Source of the DNA: Vitrella brassicaformis CCMP3155
Lineage: Eukaryota > Protista > Chromerida
Direction: 5' to 3'
NCBI GenBank assembly: GCA_001179505.1
Contig: CDMY01000243.1
Location: 558,001-622,000 of the forward strand
DNA length: 64,000 nt
Made by a program: the position numbers and the translations under genes. The notes under the pieces were generated by a model. That model saw only the letters and a list, made by a program, of their open reading frames with translations. It was not told the origin of the DNA and made no database searches. Every line of letters starts with the position of its first letter. Position 1 is the stretch's first letter. Below, one piece after another: positions 24,740 through 36,500 of the stretch.

Positions 24740-24960
24740 TAGGCCATTCATGGGAGAGGGTTTTGACTTCGGATGGGGTTGTTTGGTGGGAATTGTGTGT
24801 TTGATGTGTTCTGGGTGGCAAGACACACCAATGCAATCAACGAGAGTCAAGTTATGAACAGCTGGAGGATGTATGCATGTATCGCATCAGTCAGTCATTA
24901 TCTACACGACGAATAAGCATCCGCCACAATGCAGCCAGCTACGCAACCAGCACGTATGTA

Positions 24961-27702
24961 TCACGCACTCATGTTGGCCACCTTCCGTTGCCTACGCGCG
25001 TCATCCGCCTCCTCATGGCGCCAGAATGGATCATCCAGCACTGGCCCCGCTGGTTTGGGGCCTTTTCTAAGGTGTGGTGGCCGTGCGGTGGGCACTCTCT
25101 GCGATGTGGTGCTCTGGATGGTCCAGTCCGTGGCGGGGTCGTCATCGACCAGCACCTAATCAGGAGGCCGGGCCGGGCCGGGCCATACACACATACACAC
25201 ATACACACACATATCCCGTGTCTGTCTGCATTGGGGAAGGGCCTGGCCTCTCTCGTGTGCAGCCCAGCCCTGGTTGATACCTCTGCGTGTGGGTTGTCGT
25301 AGCATACGATCTCTTTGAGCAGGCGGATGCCCGACACACGCTTGCCTAATGAATGCCGTCCGTGTCCAAAGGAAAGAGAGAGACACAGACAGACAGACAG
25401 ACAGCCATTTGTTTGTGCCGTGGATAGCTAGATGCAAGGAACGCTCGTCCTTGTCTGCTGACTGACCTTCGCATCTGTGTATCGTTTGCAAGTTCTCATC
25501 TTCGCAGTAGAAGGGATACGCCTGGCCATCGATTGACACACTCACTGGTCGGGTCGATGGGCTCTCTGTGTGCATTCATTGTGTGGGTACCTTGGACCAG
25601 TCGAGGAAGGCATCGAGCACTCGCTGACGCGTCTCCGGGTCAGACTGACCAGACAGACAGAGGCACACCACACCATGAATGTCAGTGATGTCGTGTGTGC
25701 GGAGTGGACCTCGTATCTGTGCATGAGTGTGTAGCAGCTGCCGCAGAGTCTGAACCAGCTCCAAAAGTGAGACGCACGCATCGTGTTGATGCTCCTCAGA
25801 CCCAGCGACCACTGGTCAGCATAGCTAAGGCCTTAGCAACGGCAAGGCAAATGCACACATGTCATCGATGTGTGCTAGATAGATGTTTGGCCCCTCCTTG
25901 TCTGTCTGCATTGCAGTGAACCTCTGAAGTCTATGGTGCTTCGTATGAGGTGCTGTCGGAACTCAGGCACGTACAAACTGTTGATGTCCGCCATCGGGAT
26001 GCCTGCAGTGCAGTGCAAGCAACACACACGGATGAGTCTCCCACGCCTCACCGATCCATTCATCTATCCCGGAGACTGTCGGCTGCTGACCTGCCCCGCC
26101 ATGGCCGCCCTTGAACCGAAGACCAGGCCTGAAACAACCAACGAACAAATCAATGAACAGCCAAACATCCGAATGCCATCCATCAATGTGGTTGGTTGCG
26201 TGGCCGACTGTGCTGACTGACCCTCTCCAAATGGTCATGCGTCGGATCTCCTCGAGCACGCTATTGTGTTGTGTGAGCTGGTCCATCGTCGGATCCGTGA
26301 CAGCGGCGAAGTCCGGGCATACGTACGTGATGAACCCTGTCAGGTTGTCGTGCCTGCAAAGAAAGAAAGAAACCAGCCAGCCAGGACAATATAGCAAGGA
26401 ATACGACTCTCTTGCTCACATGTAGAAGTCGGTCTGCGGCAGCAGCGTCGTCTCCTTCTTGTACTCGCCACCCTTGAGCTTGCACGCGTACGGCGCTGGA
26501 CGAAAAACACAGTCCCACACACGGCGGTGACATGGGCCGCTTCACCTACCTACCTCTGAAGAGCTGGAACTTCATGTAGGGATGTCTGTCGACCACGTCA
26601 CGCAGCTCCGGCTGGGATGCCCCCCTCGTGTCGGCACCGTCGGCAGTGTCCGGCAGCCCCGATGCGGTGTGGTCTATCTGCATGGTTTTGGTGTCGAGCA
26701 GGTGGATGGCGTTGAGCAGCGTCGGCAGCACCTCACACTGACGCTCGTAGTTGCTGAACTGCATACGAACGGACAAAGGTCCCCGTAGTCCGTGTTGCAC
26801 TACACAGACATCCCCACGTCCAGGCCTCCTGTAGGTACCTGTATCTGTGGGTACATGACGTGCACGGAGAACTTGTCAGGGTTGGCGGAAGCCAAAACCT
26901 GTGGCCAGTGCAATCCAATCCTCACACAAAGAAAGCAAGACTGCTGCCCGGTATCGGTCGATGTGTGCACGTGCCAGCCGCTCATACCACCGGCTCGAGC
27001 TGGTCGTCGTCAACACTGAAGAACCAACTCACCTGAGGAAAGCAATACAATACCCGCAGACGGGATGGGGATGGCGATGGGCTGCCGTGTGTGCATCCTC
27101 GAGTACTCTCTCACTCACCAGGTGTTGCAGGGACGAAAGAAACCTGTTGCCATGCTTCTTCATCGGCTTCTTCCTGATGCAAAACACAAAACTCCCACAT
27201 CCATCCAGAATGTGCCTCCTTCCATTGCCCAGCCCCCGACCGACCGCCTACCCGTCCAGGTCGAAGTAGAGGACCCGCGGATGGTGCTCGGCCGCCACCT
27301 CATAGAGCCCCGTGAGGTAACCCATCTTGTGCCGGCTGTACACGTGGTCCCAGAAGGACGCATGCGACGGAAAGTACGAGTACTTCTGGGTGGTCACGAG
27401 TTCCCCCTTCTTGTTGGGCAGCTTCCTCAAGTAGCTCGACCCCACCCACACCGCACTCCCCGGCGGTTTCGCCTGCAGCAGCTCCTCCTTGGTTGGAAAG
27501 AAGACCAGGCCATCCTCGTGACACTGGAAACCCTGCACAGATGGCAATTTCAGGAGATGGAACAGGCAGACAGATGTGCAGGCGCGAAGATCTGTGGGCG
27601 TACCCTGCCTACGAGGTGAGGGAAGCTAGATGCGCTCCTATGCCATGATGGTCTGGCTCTCAGTGCTCCAACCGGCAACCCAGATGAGAAGACGCGCCTC
27701 AT
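24961..27702 (-). CDS. Archaeo-eukaryotic primase (PrimPol/NCLDV-herpesvirus clade-like) with a PriCT-2-like C-terminal domain and a predicted mitochondrial presequence; ~13 exons
   Basis: Exons 27702-27604, 27532-27252, 27173-27119, 27032-26988 and 26898-26839 onward splice in frame. They give motif I LYEV...PRVLYFDLDG, motif II DKFSVHVMYP and motif III VVDRHPYMKFQLFR.PYACK. The C-terminal part reads RASHFWSWFRLCG...VLDAFLDWSKAYPFYCEDEN...SGIRLLKEIVCYDNP. Stop at 24961. Confidence 0.82.
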
Positions 27703-28082
27703 GACGTCATGAATTCGATCGGCCATGACCCATGGTGCGCGAAACGCTTGCAAGCCAGGGGGCGTCTCGCGCGTCTCTCCTTGTGCAACCTATGCAATGA
27801 ATGTCTTTCCTTCTATTTCTTCTTTGAAGCTCGAGACGCTCGAGGCTCCATCGATGGAGCCCTCTAATGTGACAAATAAGATGACTTAATGCATGACGAC
27901 CGAAAAAGCAGGAAAAGAAGCATGTCTCAAGTTCCACACGTAAACCAGGATTCGGCTACATAGATAGTTTACTGCATGAAGGCGAAGTACCAAAAAAGCA
28001 GCAAAGAGCACCGGATTCGACACATCCACAGAGAAAGAGTACATACATGTAGCAGCAAGTCGGTCAGTCAGGCTGCGGGCAT

Positions 28083-30105
28083 TTAGTCGACGAGCCAGTG
28101 CATGGGCCTGTTGTCGAAGAGCCTCAGCCTGTCCAGCCACAGCTCCCCAGTCATGCTGTCTTCACGATCAGAGACAAAGTTCCACAGAGGCCAGTTACGA
28201 GCTATGTTCTGCAGCACCTTCATATCTGAAGACACACACACACAACACATGTGCAACAGGACAAAGCACACATCAATCGATCCAGCCAGGCCAGAGACAC
28301 CATCCATCTCTTTTTCCTACTTGCATTCGGCAGGGCCTTTTCGTAGTCAAGTATGCTCCTGAAATACCCCCCCCATCTCCTGTACTGCCGCTGCGAGTTC
28401 AGCAGTGGGTAACACTGGCTAGACAGCCCCCCGCTCTCGAACAGCCACATGACGCATTCATCGTGGCTGCCGCAGAACAGCCGGCAGTCATCCCTGCCCG
28501 CGGCATCAGAGAGGCGAGCCAACATGCGATTTAGCACATCGGGAGTGACGACGCCTGTGAATCCGGGCAAAGGCAACGTGTCTCGCAGGAGAGGGGGTGC
28601 TGCGACCGTCACGTTGCTGGACATGGGGATGTGCGGTCTCCTCTCCTCTGGCCTCAGGATCATGACCTTTTTGTATATCTCTGTGCCCTCTTCTGTCTGC
28701 CTTCTGGCGCTGATGGGGTTGGCCAAAGCAAAGGTGTCGTCCTCGCCGTAGAAGGCGCACTCAGAGTAGATGCCGTTCGGCCGGAACCTGAAGCCTCGGC
28801 AACTCATGACGGCTGGCGCATGCTGTAGGTAGCATATCCGGGCGCATATCTGGCGCATTTGCCTTTCTTCCTCGGTCGACGAGTCATCGATCGCCCCAGC
28901 GCTTGACGAGAAGAAGCCCGTGCGGGCGGCCCTCACCTTGCTTGCCTTGCGATAGAAGACGGTGGTGCCCTTGAGCGTCTTGCACTCCACCCACGCCTGA
29001 CCCCCGCCACATTTCCTCCTGCACGAATGGCTGTCGTGCTCGCCTCCCTCCGAGGTGTGATTGGTGAGGGGAAGATACCCGGACGAGCCGAGAACGTCCC
29101 GCACACCCTGGCTCAGGATGCGATCTCGAACGTACAGTGCCGTGTCTCCGTCCTGCCCTGGCGGCCTCGCGTCTGTCGGCAGCCGACGGAAAGCCACACG
29201 GGGCGACAGAGGTGACTCCTTGGTGACTGCCACGTCAGGTGTGTCGGCACTCTGGCGGAAATACAGGCACAGGTCGCCTCGGCTGAGAGTTGCCGAGGGG
29301 TGGAAGTTGTCGGCGAGATGGTCGGCACACCCCTTGATGGCCTGCAGGATCTCGACGGTAAAATCGGCGAAGTTTGAGGGCTCCCCAACGGTGCCGTTGT
29401 GGCCGATGGCGCCCCGGACGCCTCTGATCTTGAGTGGTGGGCCCTTCTGCTGCAGAGTGAATTGCCCGATGCTCAACGGAACTGTAGGCGGGTCAAAGAC
29501 CACTTCGAACGCCCAGGGAGCAAGAGGGCCGACACCATTCCTGAAGGGAATGAGACAGGAACATGGAAAGCATCATGCAGTGCAGTGCAGTGCACTGCAT
29601 GCAGCGTGTACCTGATGCCCAGCTGGATTTGCCAGCAGGGAGGGTCGCTGCCGGCCTCTGCACAGCCTGTGCAGTTGAGCACCAGCTGCAGCTCCTCGGT
29701 CATGTTGCAGCAGTAGGTCCCGTTCAGCATCGTGAAGTCAGCCTCCTTGCAATACGTCAGCTGCCACCCATCCAGAGTGTCGCCAGGCTGCGACGACATG
29801 ACCAAGTCATACTGCCCGTCGAAACTCGCCAGAGTGGTCAGCGGGGCGTTGGGCGGCAAAAAGCCGCCGACCACCAGCTCACGAGAGATGCGGAAGTACC
29901 GCAAGCAGTCCTCTGTTCTCTCGCCCTCACACCGTCTGTTGCACACTTGTGTTGCATTGACAGCGGCTGGCCGGGCGTGTTGGACGACGATTTGGGGGAA
30001 GGCGAGAGGCAGTGGGACGGATGACGGGGGAAAGGGGAGGGCGGGAAGAGGGGGCACGTACTTGAGCAGCAGCACAACAGCCAACCCAATAGAGAAATGC
30101 ACCAT
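28083..30105 (-). CDS. Secreted protein with PAN/apple-like cysteine modules; 3 exons
   Basis: Signal-like MVHFSIGLAVVLLLK. Exons 30105-29612, 29540-28321 and 28225-28083 are in frame. PAN-like ICARICY...SCRGFRF...ECAFY and DCRLFCGSHDECVMWLF...QCYP. Confidence 0.7.
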
Positions 30106-30179
30106 TCTTTTTTTGGGAGGGGAGGGAAAGGAGATGAGCCCCACTGCAGGTCCCAAGTCGCGAGCTAATAATCCCCCGG

Positions 30180-31381
30180 ATGCACCTTCTGATCTTTGTG
30201 TTTTTGTGGATCTGCGACCGCCATTCATCGTCATCAGCACACAGCACCGCCTGGCTGTCCCCTGCCGTCGTCCGCACTCCGCTGCTGAAGCATGTGTTGA
30301 GGCCGCCAATCACCTCACTCCGACCGCAGCAAAGGAGAGGACAGCTGCGCTCAGTCAGCTTGCAAGTAGCTGAACTTGATGATACAGATGACTTTGAGGA
30401 CGAGGATGATGAAGGGCATCTGTCGGATGGCATCGCACCGCAGCTGAGTGAGAGCAAGTGGGAGAAATCGGCGCATCGCTACCGCCTCCGTGATGGCCTG
30501 GTCGGTGCGGTGAGGCGGAGCACAATGGTTGGAGAGGCATTCTTCGATGGCGCCATCGCGCCACTGATGGCGCTGTGTGGTTTGAGTGCGAGATTCCTCG
30601 TTTCGGGACTGGTCTTCCTGGTACGCCCACCAGTGAGTGCACTTTCTCCGATTCGCACTGACTGACGTCTCTCCGTCTGGTCCCAGGCTCTTGTCATGAG
30701 GCGTGACGCTGCTGTCACGGTGTGGGTGATCGGCTCCCTGCTGAATGCCGTTCTGGGCAAGGTGCTGAAGCGGCTCTTCAACCACTCACGGCCCGACGAG
30801 GCGACCGTTAGTGACCCAGGGATGCCCTCATCCCACGCTATGTCACTTTCCTTCCTGTCGGTCTCCCTCATCCGGGCCATCATCGACGCAGACCGGCTGC
30901 CGGCCTGGTGGAGGCTGGACAAGCGCTGGGCGGTGGTTCTCGTGTCGAGCTATGCGCTGCTGTCAGCTGTGTGGCGAGTGCGGGCGAACCTGCACACGAG
31001 TGAGCAGGTGGCGGTGGGAGGGGCTGTGGGAGGCACCGTGGGGCTCGTTTGGTACCAGCTGGGGAAGAACGGCATCAACAAGTGGATGGAGAGGTGAGTG
31101 GAGTGAATGTGGAGCAAGAACACGGAGCACGGCACAGTGTGATGTGATGTGATGTGTTGTGTTGTGTTGTGTTGTTGTGTGCTGTTGTGTTGTGTTTGTG
31201 TTGCAGGCAATTCGTGTTGATGACGGGGAAGCCGTTGCTGCCTTGGGGCTGGCTTGTGGGGATATGTCTGTTGGGCTCGCTGACTGTTGGGTCAGTGGAG
31301 CGGAAAATTCACAAACTGCTCGTTAGACTGACAGGGGGGGCCGTGAAGAGAGACGATAGCAGCGACAGGAAGGACAAATGA
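30180..31381 (+). CDS. PAP2-family lipid phosphate phosphatase, LPP-epsilon-like, predicted plastid-targeted; 3 exons
   Basis: Exons 30180-30620, 30687-31093 and 31207-31381. PAP2 motifs KRLFNHSRP, SDPGMPSSH and WRVRANLHTSEQV. Signal peptide followed by TA-WLSP and an Arg-rich transit-like stretch. Confidence 0.85.
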
Positions 31382-31399
31382 GTGTCGCTGCTATCCCTG

Positions 31400-33520
31400 G
31401 CTGTGTGTGTATAGCTATAAGCCTGGTGGACCTACTCACTAGACGTGTACACACGTGTCTGCCTGGTTGGTTGGTTGAGAGTATGAAAGAATTGAATGAA
31501 TTCGATAGTCATACGGCCGTCATGGTCATGAAGGAAGGAAGGAAGGAACTCGGAGAGGGGGAGAGAGGTCGCCTTAGACAAATCGACACACCGACCGACC
31601 GACCGACCGACCGACCGACATCAGACAGAGAGACGGAGACGTATACACACGTACACACGTACGAAGCATGACACACACCGCGCCACACCGCACCGCACCG
31701 CACCAAACGCACCAGGCAGGTTGAATACTTACGGACCAATTCGACCTACACACAGCCACCCATCACACAGCACTCAATTGCGATAGGCACAGATAGATAG
31801 ATAGATAGACACGCCATCATACAAACATACATCGACATCGACATCGACATCGACATCGACATCGACACACACACGTGCAGAAGACCACCACACACAACAA
31901 GAATCCATTGGTTGCATCCCTCATCGACTTACACGAAATAAATCAAATCAGTGCACGTCCCGTCCGTGGATGCCATGCCGTCCATCAGTCCATCCATCCA
32001 TCCATCCGTCCATCCATCCATCCATCCATCAAGGGTCCAGAAAAAACACCCGTGCTGGCTCCCTGGCTGGCCGGGTGACTGGGGGGGAGGGAGTGGTGTG
32101 TGTGCGGCATGGCTCTGGCTGGCAAAGAGTAGAAGAGAGGGCAGGCGGAAAATGCCCTACTCGGCCGTCCTGTCTGTCTGTCTGTCTGTCTGTCATTTCT
32201 TCCCCCCGATTTGCTGTCTCTCATTGTCTGTCAGGGCTCACTCACTCACTCACACAGACAGGTCACCTGCCCTGCACTCACTGGTGGGTGTAAATAAAGT
32301 GCAGACAGACACTTACGGGGAAGAACAAAGACGCCCAACACACGAAGCACACGACAGAGGGGAGGGAAAAAGTTCGGCGGCACGCGTGGCTGTGTCTGTG
32401 GCTGGCTGGCTGGCATCAATGCATCCATTGTCCTATTATTATCATCAGAGGAGACCGGCATCTTCGTCATTGTGATTGTATGCACACGAGCGGCAGGCAA
32501 GGAACTTGACGGCACGAAAGGGAAAACGTGCACTTCACACACACCAACAGGCAGGCAGGCAGGCAGGCAGGCAGCGGGCAGGGGGGAGGCTATCTACACA
32601 CCAAAAGACCGACTCAAATCTGCACTTCCCAAATGTCTCTCTATCTGCTAGCAGGGAGGGGCTGGGGATGGCGGGGGGGACAAGTGAGAGGTGGGGACGG
32701 TGGGGATGGGATGCCGTCCGTTCCGTAAAGACAAATAAGAAACAAACCAACCTATGGCTCCCATCTGTCTGTCCTTGACTGACTGGTGTGTATGTATGTA
32801 CGTGTGGCTGGCTGATGAATACACCCACACCCACACGCACACGCACACAAAATACCCACGGCAGAATGTGTAAGTTCCGCTGTGCATGTACGTGAGTGAA
32901 TGTAGGCAGGCACACGTGAGCTGAGCACAGACGAAACGGAGACAGGAAGGAATGAAGGAATCAAGGAAGAATTCCCCTCATCACATCACATGAACGCCTG
33001 AGGCATGCATGGCCATGCACGCATCAACACCACACCCCCCACCCCTCGTCTGTCTGACCACGTGACGTGCACGGCATGGCATCTCATCTCATCTCATCTC
33101 ATCTATCTCGCTTACAAAACCAAAATGGACGGCTGTGGTTGTCTGTCTGTCTGTCTGTCTATACACGAGTGAGTCAGTATGTATCTCGGCCGTCCGCTCA
33201 GCTGCCCTGCCCTGCCCATAAATCAATCATCCACTCACTCACGCATGGACGCATGGACGCATGGAGGGATGGAGGGATGGAGGGAGTATGTACAGTATGT
33301 ACACTCAACACAAACAACACGACACACACCATACCATAAACACACCGGTTGGTTGGTTGGTTGCTCGGGCGGTCTCAGCAAAGGGGGCAAAGCAGAATAA
33401 CGAAACTTCCCACAGCAGTCAGCGTGCATCATGCAGTGCATGTACCAAACATGCCTATCTGCCGGCCGGCCTGCGATTCGCCCATCCATCCGTCCATCCA
33501 CACGCCCGCCCACCCCCCCT
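31400..33520. repeat. Microsatellite-rich intergenic region between convergent genes
   Basis: Short tracts of (CCGA)n, (GATA)n, (CATCGA)n, (CATC)n, (CTGT)n, (GCAG)n and (CATCT)n. Confidence 0.85.
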
Positions 33521-33531
33521 CAGTCACATGA

Positions 33532-36500
33532 TCACACCCACCCCCGCCGCTTGTTCCTCAGCTGCATGCTGATCTGGTGCAAAGGGGAGTCACTGGGGGA
33601 TGACGAGACGTGCGAGCCCGTCCGCAGGGATGACCGCTGTGGCATATGCTGGACCTCGTCCGAGTCGGTGGCCAGGAGGACGGGGAGGGGCTCGCGGGTC
33701 GCGGGGGGGGCCGTGGGGGATGATAGCATGTCGATCGATGTCGCACCCTACACACACACAGAAACAAACGGTACATGTGCCTTGCTTCGGGTATTGGTTT
33801 GGTCGATCCGATCATGGCGTGTGCGTGCCGTGCTGCGCTCACCGGTCTTCCTAATTCGCTGGGACTGGGTGAGTCGAGGGAGTCGGCCTCATCGAGTACC
33901 TTGTCGTCGTCGTTCTCGCGGGCGTTGTCCCGCCTGCGCTGCTCCTGCTCACGCATGCTGCCGCTGTTCAAGACATCGGGCGAGAAGCCGCCGCTCGACA
34001 GCGGGGGCTCAGTGCACCCGCCCTCGCTGCTGTCGTCGTCCCACTCGGTCTTGATGCGGCCCTGCACCCACGCACCCAGGCCCTGCCCACCGGTGGAGCG
34101 CGTGGATGTCCCCGGTGGTGTCTTGCCGCTGCCGCCTTTAGTGGGGTGTCTTGGGGCCTGCTGCCGCTCCAGCCACTGCTTGTGCCGCCGCACCATGATG
34201 GTGCACGCAATGACGGCCGCGATGATGATGGCGATGCACATGCTGAGCACCAGGGTGAAGGTGGTCCTTGAGGAGGAGCCGCCGGAGAGGGTGGGGGAGA
34301 GGTTGGGGGCGTCGCTGTCATCCATCTGTGTGCCAGTCTGCTTCTTGCGCAGCTGGTAGTCGTCTCCGTTGCCGCTGCTGGCGGTGTCCTTGTTGTCTTG
34401 GCCGCTGAAGCCGTTTGGAGGCTTGTTGAGTGCACTTAGGAAGACGATGGTGTCGTTCTCGCCGTGCTTCTTCTCCTGCTGCTCCAGGTACTTGTCATAT
34501 ATGTCCTGGAAGGGCAGGCTGGTGTTGTAGAGGTGGTCGATGTTGTGCGGGATGGACCGGTGCAAAGCCGAACCCTCGTCGGACACGAGCGACTTCCAAG
34601 ACGTCTCGATGGGCTTCCAGGCGGCGATGGCGGGGGGACTGCTTGATGATGAGCTGTCCTTGGGGACAACGGCTTGGTCGAGGATGCTGCAAGACAATCA
34701 ATACAGAAAGAAAGGACAATGCCGTCACGTGGGTCATTGGATTGCCTTTGGTGTGTGTGGTGTGTGGCATGGTTATGGTTGCCTGAAGAGGACGACGACG
34801 GATCCCTTCATCAAGGCCTTGAGTCTCACCCGCCTTGGCTCGACTTTCAGTGTCCGGGCCAGGGAGGTCTCGAGCGACGCCTGCAGCATACGCGACTTCT
34901 CCTCGTCCTGACCACACACACGGACACGGACAGAGTGCAGACTGCCACATGTCTGGCTTTGTGGGCCTGTCATCCATCTGTGGCTGGCTGACCTGTCGTA
35001 GGTCGTCAAACTTCAAGTCGAGGAGTCGGAGAGCGAAGAAGAAGGGATAGGACGACACCTGCTCAGAACCATTACGGTGGGCCACCGCAGCACCTGACGC
35101 TGATGCAGACGCTACACACACATACATGCACAATGCATTAATGCCATGCCTCCGTTGGTGCCTCTGTCTGTCTGTCTGTCTGTGTGTGTGTGTGTCTCAC
35201 TGACTGACTTATGTTGATGCATGCCCATTCGTCCTTGTCGCCGGGAGGGGGGCACACGTCATCGGCCAGACGACAGTGGGCGAAGAACTGACAAACAGCA
35301 AGCGACACACACGGTCGACCAGCCAGCCGTGCGACAATGCTGTCCGTCCGTCCGTCCGCACCTCGTTCTTCTGGATGCACTGTGCGTCAGGGTCCTGGCA
35401 GCATCGGGTGACGCGACAGTTGGAATCGTACAGCTGAGAACAACGACCTGAACGAACCGAACCAACGAGGAAAGAAAGCTCGGATGAATGGCCGGCCCTC
35501 CCCTCCCCTGCTTGACCCCCGCCTCGACTGCCTACCGTGTGAGAGGTCGCATATGCCCTCTCCGTGTTTGCAGTCCTCATCGTCGATCTCGCCGTCGGCG
35601 AAGGGGCACTCCTTGCCGCCGTTGCTGGCGAACGTACGCACAGTGTAGGTGCGCCGTTTGATGCAGTCGACGTCACACGCACTCCAGTTGGACCACTCTC
35701 CGTCGCAGTCAGTCGCATCCGTCGTCCCGTCCTCCTCCGTCTCTTGCTTCTTGTCACATTTGTTGGCGTCGCACTGCCTCTCCTCCGTGAAGCCATCTTC
35801 GTGTAGGCAGCCCTCGCCCAGCCCCTCGTTCTCAACAAAGACGTCGAACCTTCGCCGCTGCACACAACTGTCGTCGCACTTGGACCACTCGTTAAAGGTG
35901 CCCTCGCAGTTGAGCCGCTTGCACTGGCCGTCGCCGTGCTGGCAGGGCCGCGACTCCCTCCCGTCGTCCTTAGCGGGGCAGTCGGCGCCCTTGCCACGGG
36001 CGGGGGATGTGATCGTGAAGGTGCGGGTGGTTAGGCAGGACGGGTCACACTCCTCCCACTCCGACCACTTGCCCTCGCAATCAACGTCTGATACATGTAT
36101 CACGTCACATCAGACACACAGACACACAGACAGAGAGCGGTGGTGTCTGGATGTGGAGGGGGCTGGGGGTTCTCTCCCTCACCTGTTTCGCATTCGTCTC
36201 CCGTGCACTCCTCTTCTTCCTTAGCGTCGTCGGTGTATGGGCAGTTGTTGGCCGTGGCCGCCGGCGATGTGATCTTGTACCGCCGCTCGCGTCTGCAGTC
36301 CTTGGTGCACTTGCTCCACTCCAGCCACTCGCCAGTGCACGTCGCACCTGAGTGAGCCCACACACACATAGGCGATGCGTACGGGCCCCTCAATCGTCCC
36401 TGTTTGTCTGTATGTGCGCCGCGCCTGCCTTTACCTTTGTTGCATTCTCCATCGTCGCAGACCATCATCTCGACATCTCCGTCGTCGAATGGGCATGCCT

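Noticed and set aside
25576-25812. Alternative reading frame VVAGSEEHQHDAC for this primase exon
   Set aside because: The other frame (RASHFWSWFRLCG) splices in phase with the flanking exons and fits the PriCT-2 pattern
24961-27702. Endogenous giant-virus insertion around the primase
   Set aside because: The gene has many spliceosomal introns and its neighbours are ordinary host genes; no other viral hallmark genes in the window
31400-33520. Possible CRISPR-like or structured repeat array, and the many short ORFs here
   Set aside because: Only simple microsatellites with no repeat-spacer periodicity; the ORFs translate the microsatellites; eukaryotic context
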